From Octopus sinensis (Eukaryota): DNA of 64,000 nt. The notes under the pieces were generated by a model, which searched no databases, was not told the origin of the DNA, and was given only the letters and a program-made list of their open reading frames with translations. The stretch lies in NCBI RefSeq assembly GCF_006345805.1, contig NC_043010.1:51274001-51338000 (forward strand). Direction: 5' to 3'. Position 1 is the first letter of the stretch. Each line of letters begins with the position of its first letter. A program made the translations under genes and the position numbers. Of this stretch, positions 37,619-50,263 are shown piece by piece.

Positions 37619-39336
37619 TATGTGTACGCATATTTTAAATACCAAACCCAAGCTGTTATATTTAATTTGTTTATCCACATAAATGCACACACACACACAC
37701 ACTCACACACACACACATATATATATATATATTGTGTGTGTGTGTGTGTGTGTATGTATGATAATTTTATCAAATTCTGGAGAGGTGAGAGATAAAGTAT
37801 TCATTCCATATGTTTACAGCTGTTTCATAATCTGTTTTCAGTTACATCACTGAAACTAAAGTGTCTTACACATGTAAGTATACATATAGAATTCTAACAG
37901 ATGCTAAATGATGATATATATATATAGGTGCAGGCATGGCTGTGTGGCAAGAAGTTTGCTTCCTAATCTCATGGTCTTCTGTAATCTCGGGCCAACCAAA
38001 GCTTTGTGAGTGGATTTAGTTGATGGAAACTAAAAGAAGCCTATATATATATATATACACACACATATGTGTGTGTGTGCTTTGTCTTTGTCCCTTCACC
38101 ACCACTTGCCAACTGGTGTTGGTGTGTTTTGTTCCCATAACTAAGCAGTTTGGCAAAAAAGAATGGTGTAATAATTACTGGGGTTGATTTGTTTGACTAA
38201 AGTTCTTCAAGGTGGTGCCTCAGCATAGCTGCAGTCTAATGGCTGAAACAAGTAAAAGATAAGATATCATGTGATCACTCAAACTGACTAGACTATCAGA
38301 TGTTGTTACACATCACTGGTCACAGTGCGCTTTTACCTTGTTTTAGCCTTCAAATCACACAACCTCACTGGCTAGGCAAGTGGGCCAACATTTCCCCCTG
38401 GTGGAAAGGGGGTCTAGAGCGATGTGAAATGACATGTTTTGCTCAAGAACACAACGCGCCGCCCAATCAAGGAATCGAACCCACAATCTAGTGATTGTAA
38501 GTGCAACAGCTTAACCATTAGGCCATGTGCCTTCACATAAATTTTCAGGATTAAATAAAAAGACAACAAATAGAGAATATAATCTACCTATATATATAAT
38601 TAAAAACATGTAGTAAATAAACAAACGAACATATACTAAATACACAGACAGACAGAAAACACAGAAAGTCACCAATTCTTCATCAGTTATTGGCCAGAGG
38701 GTCAAATGCAATTTTAGCCATTTTTGATAATATTGCTTCCACTCTGGAGGTACCGAAATATATATATATACGAGCAAAACACCCCCCTGTCCAATGGACA
38801 GTGCTGAGTTGTCAAACATTTAAACCAAATTTTCTCAAAACAACTTGTCTGACCGTCCCATTTTGTGGCATTATTTCAAGCCAGCTGGCTTTTTTTGTGC
38901 AAACTGCACATGCATTTTTCTTGCGTACCCGTAGTATCGATCGCAACAGCTGATGTACTTGCACGTACAAATGCACATTCCAACGGCTTTATCGATCACA
39001 TTCTCACCTGGAATCGATTTTTGTAATTTTTTCAAAACTTATGCACGCCCTAATACCATCGGTTTGTGGGGGACAAACACTTACGCACACATAAATATAT
39101 ACATCCATATATACAATCCACTCGTAAGGCTTTGGTTGGCTCAAGGCTACACTAGAAGGCACTTGCCCAAGTTGCCACATAGTGGGACTGAACCCAGAAC
39201 AATGTGGTTGAGAAGCAAGCTTCTTACCACACAATCACACTTGCACGTGCCCAAGGTGCCACACAGTAGGACTGAACCTGAAACCACATGTGGTTGCAAA
39301 GCAAACTTTTTTTAAACACTCACCCATGCCTCTGTT

Positions 39337-39372
<36 letters not shown>

Positions 39373-39551
39373 TGAGTGTGTCTGTGCATGCGCATCACTG
39401 TGTGTAGGTCACAAATGTGAATAATGAAAGACTGAAGTCAAACTTGCAATTTTAATTGAGACTCAGCAGGAGCTTAGAGCTACTCTGAGAGTTGTTTCTA
39501 CTCCCTTCCATTTTATTTACCAGTGTCTCTTTTCTTAATTCCATTTTCCAG

Positions 39552-39637
39552 TCTATGTCGCCGCTTATAGGAAGATTTGTCCCCTTCACTGCTGTTGCTG
39601 CTGCTAACTGTATCAACATACCTTGTATGAGAAGCAG
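39552..39637 (+). CDS. SFXN1: Sideroflexin coding exon 5 ([29 protein letters not shown])
   Basis: ttttccag| ... AG|gtggg; conserved [19 protein letters not shown]. Confidence 0.97.
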
Positions 39638-39989
39638 GTGGGTTATCATCATCATCATCATCCTCCACTTCCATCTCGTCATCGTCATTGTCATCATCAT
39701 CATCATCATCATCAACATCGGTGATGGTTTAACGTCCAGTCTTCTATGCATGCATGGATCAGAAGGAATTTTGTTTGGGAAGATTTTCTACAGCTGGATG
39801 TCCTTTCTGTTGCCAACCCTCACCTGTTTCCAAGCGAGCTAATATTTTCCAGTGGTCACACGTATGTTGCACAGAAGACTTGAAATGGACAACTCACTTG
39901 TATGATGATGATGATGATGTTCATGTACAACAATCATGCAATGTTTAGAGAAAGCACACACAAACACATATGCACATACACACATACAC

Positions 39990-40482
39990 ACACAGTATGT
40001 TTCTTTCAGTTTCTGTCTACCAAATCCACTCACAAGGCTTTGGTCGGCCCGAGGCTATAATAGAGGACATTTGCCCAAGGTGCCATGCAGTGGGACTGAA
40101 CCTGGAACCATGTGGTTCGTAAGCAAGCTACTTACCACACAGCCACTCCTGCAATATGACACACAAACATATACACACACATATATATACATATATACGA
40201 CAGGCTTCTTTCAGTTTCCGTCTACCAAATTCACTCACAAGGCTTTGGTCGGCCCGAGGCTATAGTAGAAGACACTTGGCCAAGGTGCCACGCAGTGGGA
40301 CTGAACCTGGAGCCATGTGGTTGGTAAGCAAGCTACTTACCACACAGCCACTCCTGCAATATGACACACAAACATATACACACACATATGTCACACACTT
40401 GGTCAAGGTGCCACGCAGTGGGACTGAACCTGGAACCATGTGGTTCGTAAGCAAGCTACTTATCACACAGCCACTCCTACGC
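39990..40482 (-). repeat. Local tandem duplication/triplication of a SINE A 5' half plus flank (~205-bp unit)
   Basis: CACAGCCACTCCTGCAATATGACACACAAACATATACACACAC recurs; three head copies. Confidence 0.8.
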
Positions 40483-40758
40483 CTACTGTTATTTATTTCC
40501 AGTCATCCATGAAAACATGTTTGACCAAGGAGAAATATTACCTTATTTGGAAACAGGTGAAACAGGCTGGCAACAGGAACAGCACCTGGTGATGGAAAGC
40601 TTGCATTAATCAACTCTGTTTCTCCTGTGCAACCATGGGAAAATGGACATTTAAACGATAGTGATGATATTAAAATAAAATATTCCACATATACTGTATT
40701 CTCTTGTTTTAATGTTATTTGACTGAACCTTTTTTTCATTTTTGTGTTTGCTATCCAG

Positions 40759-40886
40759 GGAAATAATGAAAGGCATTCCGATCTTTGATGAAAGAGGCCA
40801 ACGTCTTGGAGAATCAACAGCAGCAGCAAAGAGTGCAATTACTCAAGTGGTCTTCTCCCGTATTCTAATGGCATGTCCTGGCATGA
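40759..40886 (+). CDS. SFXN1: Sideroflexin coding exon 6 ([19 protein letters not shown]...RILMACPGM)
   Basis: tatccag|G ... A|gtaagt. Confidence 0.97.
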
Positions 40887-41190
40887 GTAAGTAATCAATG
40901 GCTACCACTGCCATCACCACCACCACCACCACCACTCACTATTACTATTCTTATACCGAGGAGCCAACAAACCTCTGTGTGTGTGTGTATAATATATATA
41001 TATGTATATATAGATCGTTAGCCACTACACACATTTTTTTCTCTCCTTGTTTTTTCTGTGTTCCTTTCTGTAGAAGAACGTAGGCCTGAAACGTAAAAGA
41101 CTTTTTCTATTCCTGAGCATTATACTAATACATCTGTTTGTTTTGTTCACCACCTGTCTTCATCTTTTGTTTTTTTCGTAAACTCTCCTA

Positions 41191-41235
<45 letters not shown>

Positions 41236-41984
41236 TAATAATTATAATATTAGGGAATAAATTATTATTCCAACCTTACAGGTAAATTCAGTATAATAAT
41301 ATTAGATCGAATTTTGTAATATATAATATATGTATATAACTAATTTAGAGATGAACCACCATTCTACAACTCAGTCAATGAAGAACCCATCCAAAACCAT
41401 CCTGTGAGACATATACCATACAAAATACTAATCTAAAATATTAATGATATATAATATTGAACAGTAAGGTTATTACAATCATATAATATATAAGAGCAAA
41501 TACTTTTAAACACAGTGAATATCATACAAAGAAACATTCATCAAGAAAATACTAATCTAAAATCGAATAAGGTATAAATTGAACAATAGAAGTGAAATAG
41601 AACCAATGCTTGTGTTTATTATTCATGTCATCAGCTTGCAAAATTACAAGCCCCAAGTAGGGAGGAGGAACTTTATGCTTGGAGAATAAGGTACAGAGAG
41701 AAGTAAAGGGCCAGAGTAGAACAGGTTTCTTGCTGAAGAGGGGCTATGAGACTGCTCACATTTTAGAAGAGAGGGTGATAGGCGATGGAGTTCGAAAGTG
41801 ATGTAAATGGTAATGAGGTGTCAGGGTGGATGTTCAAGATGTGAGGCGGGTAGGTATGGGTGCCAGGTGTGAGTGGGTGGAGTTTGGATGTATGGGGTGT
41901 CTGATAGTACAGCACAGTAGAATATGAATGATAATAGAGTAAGCAAGGGGATGGGAGATGACAAGCCGTTGGGTACATTTTTAA

Positions 41985-42300
41985 TAAGTTAAAGTTAAGT
42001 TAAGTTAATTTTTTGGCTCAAAAAGCAAAAAGCAAGGCCATATAGGGGGACATGGAGTTATGTACAGGGAGGGTGTTCATGCAAAGAGTTCAGGCCATTT
42101 CTGGTCAAGAGAGACTTTGAACCGAGCGGTCGTTGGCATCTTCACTATCTCGTCCGGCAGCTTATTCCACGGATCCGCAACTCGGATGGAGAAAGCCCCT
42201 CTCCTTCGATTGAGATGAAATCATCGCAGATAGAGCTTTTCAGATTGACCCCGCAGCCGATGCTCTGTAGCAGGAATGAAGAACAGCTCTTTCGAGCGGT
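41985..42300 (-). mobile_element. CR1-clade LINE 3' end with (TTAAC)n tail
   Basis: RRGAFSIRVADPWNKLPDEIV...FKVSLD on the minus strand. Confidence 0.85.
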
Positions 42301-42797
42301 TACACTTTCCGCTTATTTTAATTAATAACATAATTAAAAGCACACACACTCTCTCTCTCTTTTATCTTTTACTTGTCTGTTTTTGGATTGCAGCCATGCT
42401 GGGGCACAGCCTTGAATGGTTGAATAAATCTACCCCAGAGCTTATGTTTTTTCTTAAGTCTGGCATTTATTCTATCAATCTCTTTTGCCAAACTGCTACG
42501 GTATGGGGCTGCAAACAAACCACCGCCAGTTATTAAGCAGTGGGTGGGGATAGATATAAACACAAAGTCACACACACACACACAGATACATGCGATAGGT
42601 GTCTTTTAGTTTCCATCTACCAAATTCATTCAAAAGCATTGGTTAGTCATGGTTATAGTAGAAGACACTTGCCCAAGATTCCACACAACAGAACTGAACT
42701 TGACCTCCATTTCTATACTACAGTCATCAGTCTATGCTATCCCATATCATCATCATCACCTCCCTGTCTATATTTACTACTGTTTTTCTCTTTACAG

Positions 42798-42847
42798 TAA
42801 TTCCACCATTTATTATGAATGTTCTGGAGGCACGTCCATTCTTGAAG
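42798..42847 (+). CDS. SFXN1: Sideroflexin coding exon 7 (IIPPFIMNVLEARPFLK)
   Basis: tttacag|TA ... AAG|gtaagt. Confidence 0.95.
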
Positions 42848-44043
42848 GTAAGTTCAATAAATTATGTTAATTATGTTTCTCTCTCATCTTTCCTTTTGTC
42901 CTCTTATTTGATTTATGTCTTCGAGGAATTTTTCCTCGGTCACATTCTTTATGCTATTCTTCCCCTCTCTATGTCTTGCATTAGACACACATACAGAATG
43001 TATGTGTGAAGTTTTTTTCATTCTCACATTGTTTATTTTCTCTTATTTCTTTCTGTTGAAGAGCTCAGGCTCAAAATGTAAAAAACTTTTACATTTTCCC
43101 AAGTGTCAAACTAAAACACTTCCTTGTTGTTCATACACCTGTCTTCGTCTTTTGTTTTTCTATAAATTTCAACTATATATATATATAATTCTGTACTTGG
43201 AATGACCAAGTTTAAATACCAATAAGGTATTGGAATCTTACATTGTGTATAAACTCTATATTTGGAATGACCCATTTTAAATTCTGTTGGATTTTACTCA
43301 TAAGGTATTGGAATCTTACATATATACCATTCTGCCTAAAAAATGGATCTACAACTTCAATATCCCTACATATCTCACATCTATTTTCTTTCCTCCACCT
43401 CACTCTCTATTTTGTATCCTATCTAAATTAACTATTACTTAACCATCGTGTGTGTAGGTGTAGTAAAATTGATTTGCTGTGGGGAGTAAAAAAATCCAAG
43501 GTTTCAAGCAGGGTTCTTCTTCAGAGGAAAATTGATGAGGGAGAAATTTATGAACAGCCAGTTTTTGTTTTTGTTTTCTGTTGTTCATAAGACTCTGCTG
43601 CATCTCATTAATTTCTCTCCTGTCAACGTTTCTCTAAAGAAGGGCTCTGTCCAAAGTGGTGGATTTTCCACTATTTATGGTTTGTTCACTAGGCCCCCTT
43701 TTTTTTTAATCAATTTTACTAAATAATACAAGTCTTGCTGACACTGACTATCACCAGTGTCATTGAAGTCTGATCATAAATCATCTTCATTTAATGTCCA
43801 TTTTCCATGCTGGTATGGGTTGGACTGTTCTACTGGAACAGGCAAGCCAGAAGACTACACCAAGCTTTGCTGTCTGTTTTAGCATATTTTTTATGGCAAA
43901 GCAGATAATATATATATATATATACACACATACATACATACATACATACACACATACATATATTACTTACTGTCACACGCATGCTCAGATACAAAATCAA
44001 TCAAACCTCAAATGTCTAATTATTGTATATTTTTCTAACGCAG

Positions 44044-44093
44044 AAATACCCATACATGAATGCACCAATACAAGTCGGACTTGTTGGCATGTT
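44044..44093 (+). CDS. SFXN1: Sideroflexin coding exon 8 (KYPYMNAPIQVGLVGML)
   Basis: ctaacgcag|AAA ... TT|gtaagt; APIQVGLVG motif. Confidence 0.95.
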
Positions 44094-44269
44094 GTAAGTT
44101 TTAACGCTTCTTGTTTTTTAATTTATTCTTATATTCTGTCACAAACACACACACACACACTTGTTTGTGTGGTCGGTCAGTATTTAAATGTCTTTTGTAG
44201 CTACCAGTGTCTGAAAGAAATTATGCAGTTATCATCTGCCTGTGAATAAATATTCAGCTCACAATTGTA

Positions 44270-44548
44270 AGGTCGTGAGTTCAATTCCCAGCAACATATT
44301 GTGTCCTTGAGCAAGATACTTTATTTCACGTTGCTCCAGTCCACTCAGCTGGCAAAAGTGAGTTGTATCTCTATTTCAAAAGGGCCAGCCTTGTCACACT
44401 CTGTGTCATGCTGAATCTCCTCGAGAACTACATTAAGGGCACATGTGTCTGTGGATTGCTCAGTCACCTGCACGTTAATTTCACAGGCAAGCTGTTCCGT
44501 TGATCGTATCAGCTGAGACCCTCGTCGTCGTAACCGACAGAGTGCTCC
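44270..44548 (+). mobile_element. CORE-like SINE (related copies ~38258-38540 and ~61480-61820, minus)
   Basis: TGTGTCCTTGAGCAAGATACTTTATTTCACGTTGCTCCAGTCCACTCAGCTG central domain. Confidence 0.7.
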
Positions 44549-44583
44549 TAATATCTATAAGCAAAGTACAATCAGTTCTTTAA

Positions 44584-44804
44584 TCCTTTTGTTACTGTAT
44601 TTATTTTGAGATGTTCTGTGTTTCTTCCAATTATTTTAAATATAACAAAGAATTTAGTAAAATAACATCGTTATCATTGAGCTAGTGTGAGGAACATAAA
44701 TTGTGACTAAGATTTGGTGGAAGATTTTAATTCAAAACTTATGAAAACAAGACATTTATACTAAAGAGCCAGAGCCGGTTTCAGCTGGGTTGGTAACGAA
44801 AGGG
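44584..44804. mobile_element. piggyBac-type MITE (second family)
   Basis: TTAA|TCCTTTTGTTAC ... GGTAACGAAAGGG|TTAA. Confidence 0.75.
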
Positions 44805-45417
44805 TTAAACTAGATCATATTCCTTGCTGTGTTCATTTGAGTTGTTATAAATTCTTACACAGGAAATACTTTTGGTTATCCTGAGAAATTTAATTTCAGC
44901 ATTATTTATGTCCATCACAAAGTCCAGTCCTTGTTGCTGTGTGGTGGCTTGTGCACCCCAATGGCCTTTCACAGTTATATGAGCAAAGTACAAGCCTTGT
45001 ATTGGAGCTCTCATGCTGGAAGGATGAAATATGTCTGCAGTTCTACTCATATGTGTGTCTCTGTGTGTATGTATGTATCCATGCAACTTGTCTGAATAAC
45101 CTGTGCACATACAGCTGAAACTCAAGAGTAGTAAGAAACTGATAGGTCAAAGGGTAGAGGCTTGACTAATATGAACCACTTCTTCTCAAAGGTAAAAATG
45201 GGTTTGCGTATGGCTAATGCTCCTGCTTAGAAGAAAAGCAAAGGTACAGAAGCATTGAGGATAATTCAAAACCAACAAAACCTCGGAAGAAGGCTTTATG
45301 GCAGCAATATCTGAAAGGAAGATGAAAGGTCAACTCTTCTTCTGAAGACAGTTTAAAGTTGAGAATAGTGGACAAAAGTTGTTGATGGCCTTTGTATCAC
45401 ATGCACTGCATATTTAA

Positions 45418-46018
45418 CCTTTTTCCATTCAGATTACTCTATCAAATGTAATGCTCATTTATTCAAATTGTTTTTTAATTAATCAAGTATTAAGGCGCAG
45501 GAGTGGCTGTGTGGTAAGTAGCTTGCTTACCAACCACATGGTTCTGGGTTCAGTCCCACTGCGTGGCACCTTGGACGAGTGTCTTCTACTATAGCCTCGC
45601 GCTGACCAAAGCCTTGTGAGTGGATTTGGTTGACGGAAACTGAAAGAAGCCCATCGTATATATATATATATATGTATATATATATGTGTTTGTGTGTCTG
45701 TTTGTCCCCCCCAACATCGCTTGACAACTTAGCGGTTCGGCAAAAGAGACCGATAGAATAAGTACTAGGCTTCCAAAGAATAAATCCTGGGGTCGATTTG
45801 CTCGACTAAAGGCGGTGCTCCAGCATGGCTGCGGTCAAATGACTGAAACAAGTAAAAAAGTAAAGAGCATTATCTTGTACTTCAAAGATTGCTGTGATGT
45901 GCCTGTTTATTTTTAGAATGACATTGTAAGATAAGTGAGGGAGACCAGATTTGGTCAGTTTAAACATAAAACAGGTCAAATATTTGGGCCAAATATGGCC
46001 AATTTAAATGTAAAAGGG
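45418..46018. mobile_element. piggyBac-type MITE (9671 family) with SINE A inserted at 45494-45860
   Basis: TTAA|CCTTTT ... AAAAGGG|TTAA; halves match 9671-9891. Confidence 0.8.
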
Positions 46019-47026
46019 TTAAATAGTTAAATATATTTTGTACTCTCTTTTTTCAAGTACCATTCCTACAGGCATCAACACTCATGGACCTCCATATCAA
46101 AATCTAAAGATCCATGATTTTTGCTTGGGAAAGATACAAAAGTAGTTTCTTGTTTCTTTCTGCTGGTTTATTTATTTTAGTCTGCTATCTCCTGCTCCTT
46201 TAAGCTTAAGCTTGGGCACAGGGTCTATTTAATCTTTAGGGAGGCTGACTGGTTGGCATAACATCAGGGCATGTCCACAATATGGTGGGGCCTGTGGGAC
46301 ATGTCCAGGGACCGTCTTTTCTTCAAGTCCTGTGTGTCTTAACTGCAGAACCATTTTCTGCTGTTTAATCCATAACTGGGGTCCCATTCTGGGCCAGTAC
46401 TGAATAAGTAACTCCATTCTCCCCAAAATTCCTAGACTCTGAAGCTGAGGCAGCTCTACTGAATGCAGTTTTATGCCTTGCCCATGACTACCACAAACTA
46501 TTGATTTCAGATTTTGGCACAAGGCCAGCAAGTTTGGGGGAGGGGGTAAGTAGATTACATTGACCCCAATACTCAACTGACACTTATTTTAGCAACCCCA
46601 AAAGGATGACAGGCAAAGTCGACTTTGGCAGAATTTGAACCCAGAACGTAAGGACAGACAGAATACTGCTAACCTTACAACCACTAACTATTATAACCTT
46701 AAATATCAAAAGGAACTATGTTACCCTGATGTGCTTATCCATGTTAAATTCATCCTGTCATGTTTAATCTTTCATATAACTCACTTCATGTGTCAGTTAA
46801 TCCATTCTTTGCCTGCATATGACATAAGCAATGGAGTTGTGCCACACTTTAAAACATGAAAAGAAGTTAAGCCTTTATTCACATTTTCATACGTTTGTTC
46901 TAAACGCCCGTGACAATTGTTTCTGATAGGATCCTATGGAGGAGGTGCCTAAGGATTCTACCCCCACCCACCTCAACCTTCCTAGGAATAGTGTCTATCA
47001 TTTTTCTTTTTTTTCTTCCATTTTAG

Positions 47027-47074
47027 ATTGGTTTTTGCCACACCTCTATGCTGTGCCCTCTTCCCACAGAAAAG
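47027..47074 (+). CDS. SFXN1: Sideroflexin coding exon 9 ([16 protein letters not shown])
   Basis: ttttag|A ... AG|gtaaaa; [13 protein letters not shown] motif. Confidence 0.96.
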
Positions 47075-47421
47075 GTAAAATATCTACTTTTCTTTATTTT
47101 ACACTCTGTGTAAATGTTATTTGCCAACTCTTTTTTTTCCACCTTTACTGAGCGTCAAGCTAATCCATTCCATGTGTATGTCCTTTTGACTTTTGTTTTG
47201 TTATTTGTTTTTTTTTCTTTTCAATTTACTTATTCATATATATATATATATATATATCTTCCTAGCTACATGGTTTTGGGTTCAATCCCACTGCATGGCA
47301 CTTTGAGCAGGTGTCTTCCGCTATAGCCCCGAGCCGACCGAAGCTTTGTAGGCGGAAGTTACTGCTGTGTGTGTATATGTGCGTGTAGGTGCTTGTACCT
47401 CTCCGAAAGAGAGAGAGAAGG

Positions 47422-47444
<23 letters not shown>

Positions 47445-47454
<10 letters not shown>

Positions 47455-47625
47455 TATTAGAGACAAAACCACTATTTTGCAAAACAAACAAGGAAAGACT
47501 TAATCAATACATAAAATTTTAATAATAGTCAAATATTTGACTATTTATTAAAATTTTATGTATTGATTAAGTCTTTCCTTGTTTGTTTTGCAAAATAGTG
47601 GTTTTGTCTCTAATAATATTTTATA
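47445..47625. repeat. 181-bp spacer-less palindrome
   Basis: Arms 47445-47534 and 47535-47625 are reverse complements except one extra base. Confidence 0.95.
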
Positions 47626-47711
47626 ATATTTTACTATAAAATTGGATTTAATCCTAAATCTGATTTTTTTTCCCTGTAAATTTGGATTTATTCCCTAATA
47701 TTTATTATTAT

Positions 47712-47743
<32 letters not shown>

Positions 47744-48306
47744 TAGATTGATAGAGACAGACAGACAGAGATTCATAGATTCATAGATAGATATAGATTG
47801 ATAGATACCATTTTAATAATGACATGTACAATATTTAGAATAGTAAAAAGCGAAGACAACATTCTTGTTTCATAATTTCATTCTAGGTTTTACAGCTGTT
47901 TCAGCATTTAAAATACAAATGTCATTGCCCACCTACTGATGTAATTGATATATAGAAATAGATAACTAATGAAACAGTTTATTCATCTCATTTAAATTAT
48001 GTATTTTTATGTATCAAACATTTGATTATCTAGATGATGATGATGATGCATTTTAATTGCTGAAGCAGCTGCATTACTTAGAATGAAATTATGGAACATC
48101 AGTGAAATCTGCTTTTTATTATTTCACTGTTTTGCTTAGAACATTTTTTAAACCAATTTAACTCTATGCAGATTTATTCTGTTTATGGTTATAGCATTGA
48201 AGTTATAATATATAGGAGTTTAATTTACATGTTATTAATTGAATTCTTAAATTCAATAGATAAATTTTTATAGCATTTAAGCACTAATATAGTATATTAA
48301 ATAATA

Positions 48307-48711
48307 GGCATAGGAGTGGCTGTGTGGTAAGTAGCTTGCTTACCAACCACATGGTTCCAAGTTCAGTCCCACTGTGTGGCACCTTGGGCAAGTGTCTTCT
48401 ACTATACCCTCGGGCCAACCAAAGCCTTGTGAGTGGATTTGGTAGACGGAAACTGAAAGACGCCCATCGTATATGTGTATATATATGTATATGTATGTGT
48501 GTGTATATGTTTGTGTGTCTGTGTTTGTCCTCCCAACATCGCTTGACAACCAATGCTGGTGTGTTTACGTCCCCATAACTTAATGGTTCAGCAAAAGAGA
48601 CCGATAGAATAAGTACTAGGCTTACAAAGAATAAGTCCTGGGGTCGATTTGCTCAACTATAGGCGGTGCTCCAACATGGCCACAATCAAATGACTGAAAC
48701 AAGTAAAAGAG
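48307..48711 (+). mobile_element. SINE family A, full length
   Basis: Family consensus match. Confidence 0.9.
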
Positions 48712-48817
48712 TAATATGTATAATATATATGGTGGTGTTCCAGCATGACTGCAGCTGCAGAGCTGAAATGAATAAAAGAATATATTTATATTACACATCC
48801 ATATATATAACATATGT

Positions 48818-49130
48818 GGAGGCGCAACGGCCCAGTGGTTAGGGCAGCGGACTCGCAGTTGGAGGATCACGGTTTCGATTCCCAGACTGGGTGTTGTGTG
48901 TGTCTATTGAGCGAAATCACCTAAAAAGGCCCACGAGGCTCCGGCAGGGGGTGGTGGCGACCCCTGGTGTACTCTTTTGCCCCAACTTTCTCTCACTCTT
49001 TCTTCCTGTTTCTTGAGTGACGCTGCAATGGACTGGCATCCCATCCAGCTGGGGGGGAACACATACGCCATAGACACAGGGAAACTGGGCCCATGAGCTT
49101 GGCTAGGCTTGAAAAGGGCGCATAAAAAAA
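48818..49130 (+). mobile_element. SINE family D
   Basis: Matches 22711-23020. Confidence 0.8.
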
Positions 49131-49470
49131 ATATATTACATATATATGGAAAGATGGATGTATAATATTTATATACGTTTGTGTGTGTGTGAAAAGAGCA
49201 CATGGCCTATGGTTAAGGTGTTGTACCATTTCACATTGCTCTGTAATCACTTCAATACCTGACATATGGTACACTGTACACCAGTATGGACAACATTGAT
49301 TTGTTGGAGAGAGCACATACATTTGATTGCTATAAATAAATCATTTGTGTAGGTTGTTAAGCAAGAAATTTCAGAACTGTCTTTCTTGATTTATAAGAGA
49401 CTACCATCTGTCTCTGTCTCCATGTGAGTATGCATGTGTACGTATAATATATATTATAAAATATATATTA

Positions 49471-49764
49471 CTAGCAGTATCGCCCGGCGTTGCTCTGGTT
49501 TGTAAGGGAAATAACTATATAAGCATTTTTAGAGAGTTACTTCCCTTATATAAACCGAGCAAAAAATGCAGAAAAATAATGGTAAATTTTTTTTTAAATC
49601 ATAGACTCATCGTAGACGTGCGCTAATACCCAGAAGGGCTCGATATGAATCACGACTATAAGATACCCGCTTTTGGTTAAACTGCCCTGCAAAATGTGGG
49701 AGTAGTTAGGAATCTAAATCGGAGTAGACAGACTCTCACACAACTTCACTTTTATATATAAAGA
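49471..49764 (-). mobile_element. Non-autonomous Helitron
   Basis: Minus strand 5'-TC ... GCAACGCCGGGCGATACTG-CTAG-3', inserted between A and T, no TSD. Confidence 0.75.
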
Positions 49765-49833
49765 TTTCATGTATTGAAGTAGTACTTAAGTAGTAAAAAA
49801 ATACATGTGTTTTGTTTTCTTTTCTTTTCTTAG

Positions 49834-49933
49834 TTCCATGTCTGTGACATCTTTGGAGCAGGAAGCACAAGATAAAATCAAAAAACTCACCGACAAACCA
49901 ATTGAACGTGTCTACTTCAACAAAGGCCTCTGA
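49834..49933 (+). CDS. SFXN1: Sideroflexin terminal coding exon ([12 protein letters not shown]...RVYFNKGL*)
   Basis: ttttcttag|T; ends in the family-diagnostic VYFNKGL, stop TGA 49931-49933. Confidence 0.97.
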
Positions 49934-50066
49934 TAAAATAATCAACGATAGTTTTGTTTTTGTATTTGTTTTTTTTAAGTATTTTTCTGTATTTGTTATT
50001 GTTTTTGAAAGGTAATAGGGTGGATGGTGGTCTTGAAGACATTCAATTCTATTCACAAATGATCGC

Positions 50067-50072
50067 AATAAA
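50067..50072 (+). promoter_or_regulatory. Candidate polyadenylation signal AATAAA for sideroflexin
   Basis: First AATAAA I found after the stop codon, followed by a T-rich/GT element; 3' end not verified. Confidence 0.3.
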
Positions 50073-50263
50073 GATTTCCAAATTTTTTTTGGTGCCTTCT
50101 CCCCCTTTTCTCTTCATGTTTCCCTTCAAACACCCTCACCCTCCCTCATACTCCCATACACCTGTTCATGGTTTGTTTTTTATACAATATTTCTCTGCAG
50201 CTTTCTTGTTTGCACATACACTGTCTCTCTTTATCATATTTGATGTTATATAAAATGCCTTAA

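Larger units (their letters stand above)
29226..49933 (+). other. SFXN1: Sideroflexin gene model (SFXN1/SFXN3-like mitochondrial inner-membrane transporter): 10 coding exons, 326 aa
   Basis: Exons of 173+171+99+76+86+128+50+50+48+100 = 981 nt join in phase at GT-AG introns. Protein: MADQSLVGSSRIDLDEPRYDQNTFKGRAKHFF...[22 protein letters not shown]...[20 protein letters not shown]...[21 protein letters not shown]...[24 protein letters not shown]...RVYFNKGL*. These are hallmark sideroflexin motifs. SFXN1 vs SFXN3 cannot be resolved; probably the invertebrate pro-ortholog of both. Confidence 0.97.

Noticed and set aside
44805-45125. Minus-strand ORF with RAPIQGLYFAHITVK (superficially C1q-like) and plausible splice sites
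   Set aside because: No partner exons or further C1q motifs; the plus strand (GTGGTGGCTTGTGCACCCCAATGGCC..., GGGTAGAGGCTTGAC...) resembles an RTE-type 5' UTR relic
46229-46576. 115-aa minus-strand ORF in a sideroflexin intron
   Set aside because: Begins inside a SINE remnant; no recognisable domain or splice support
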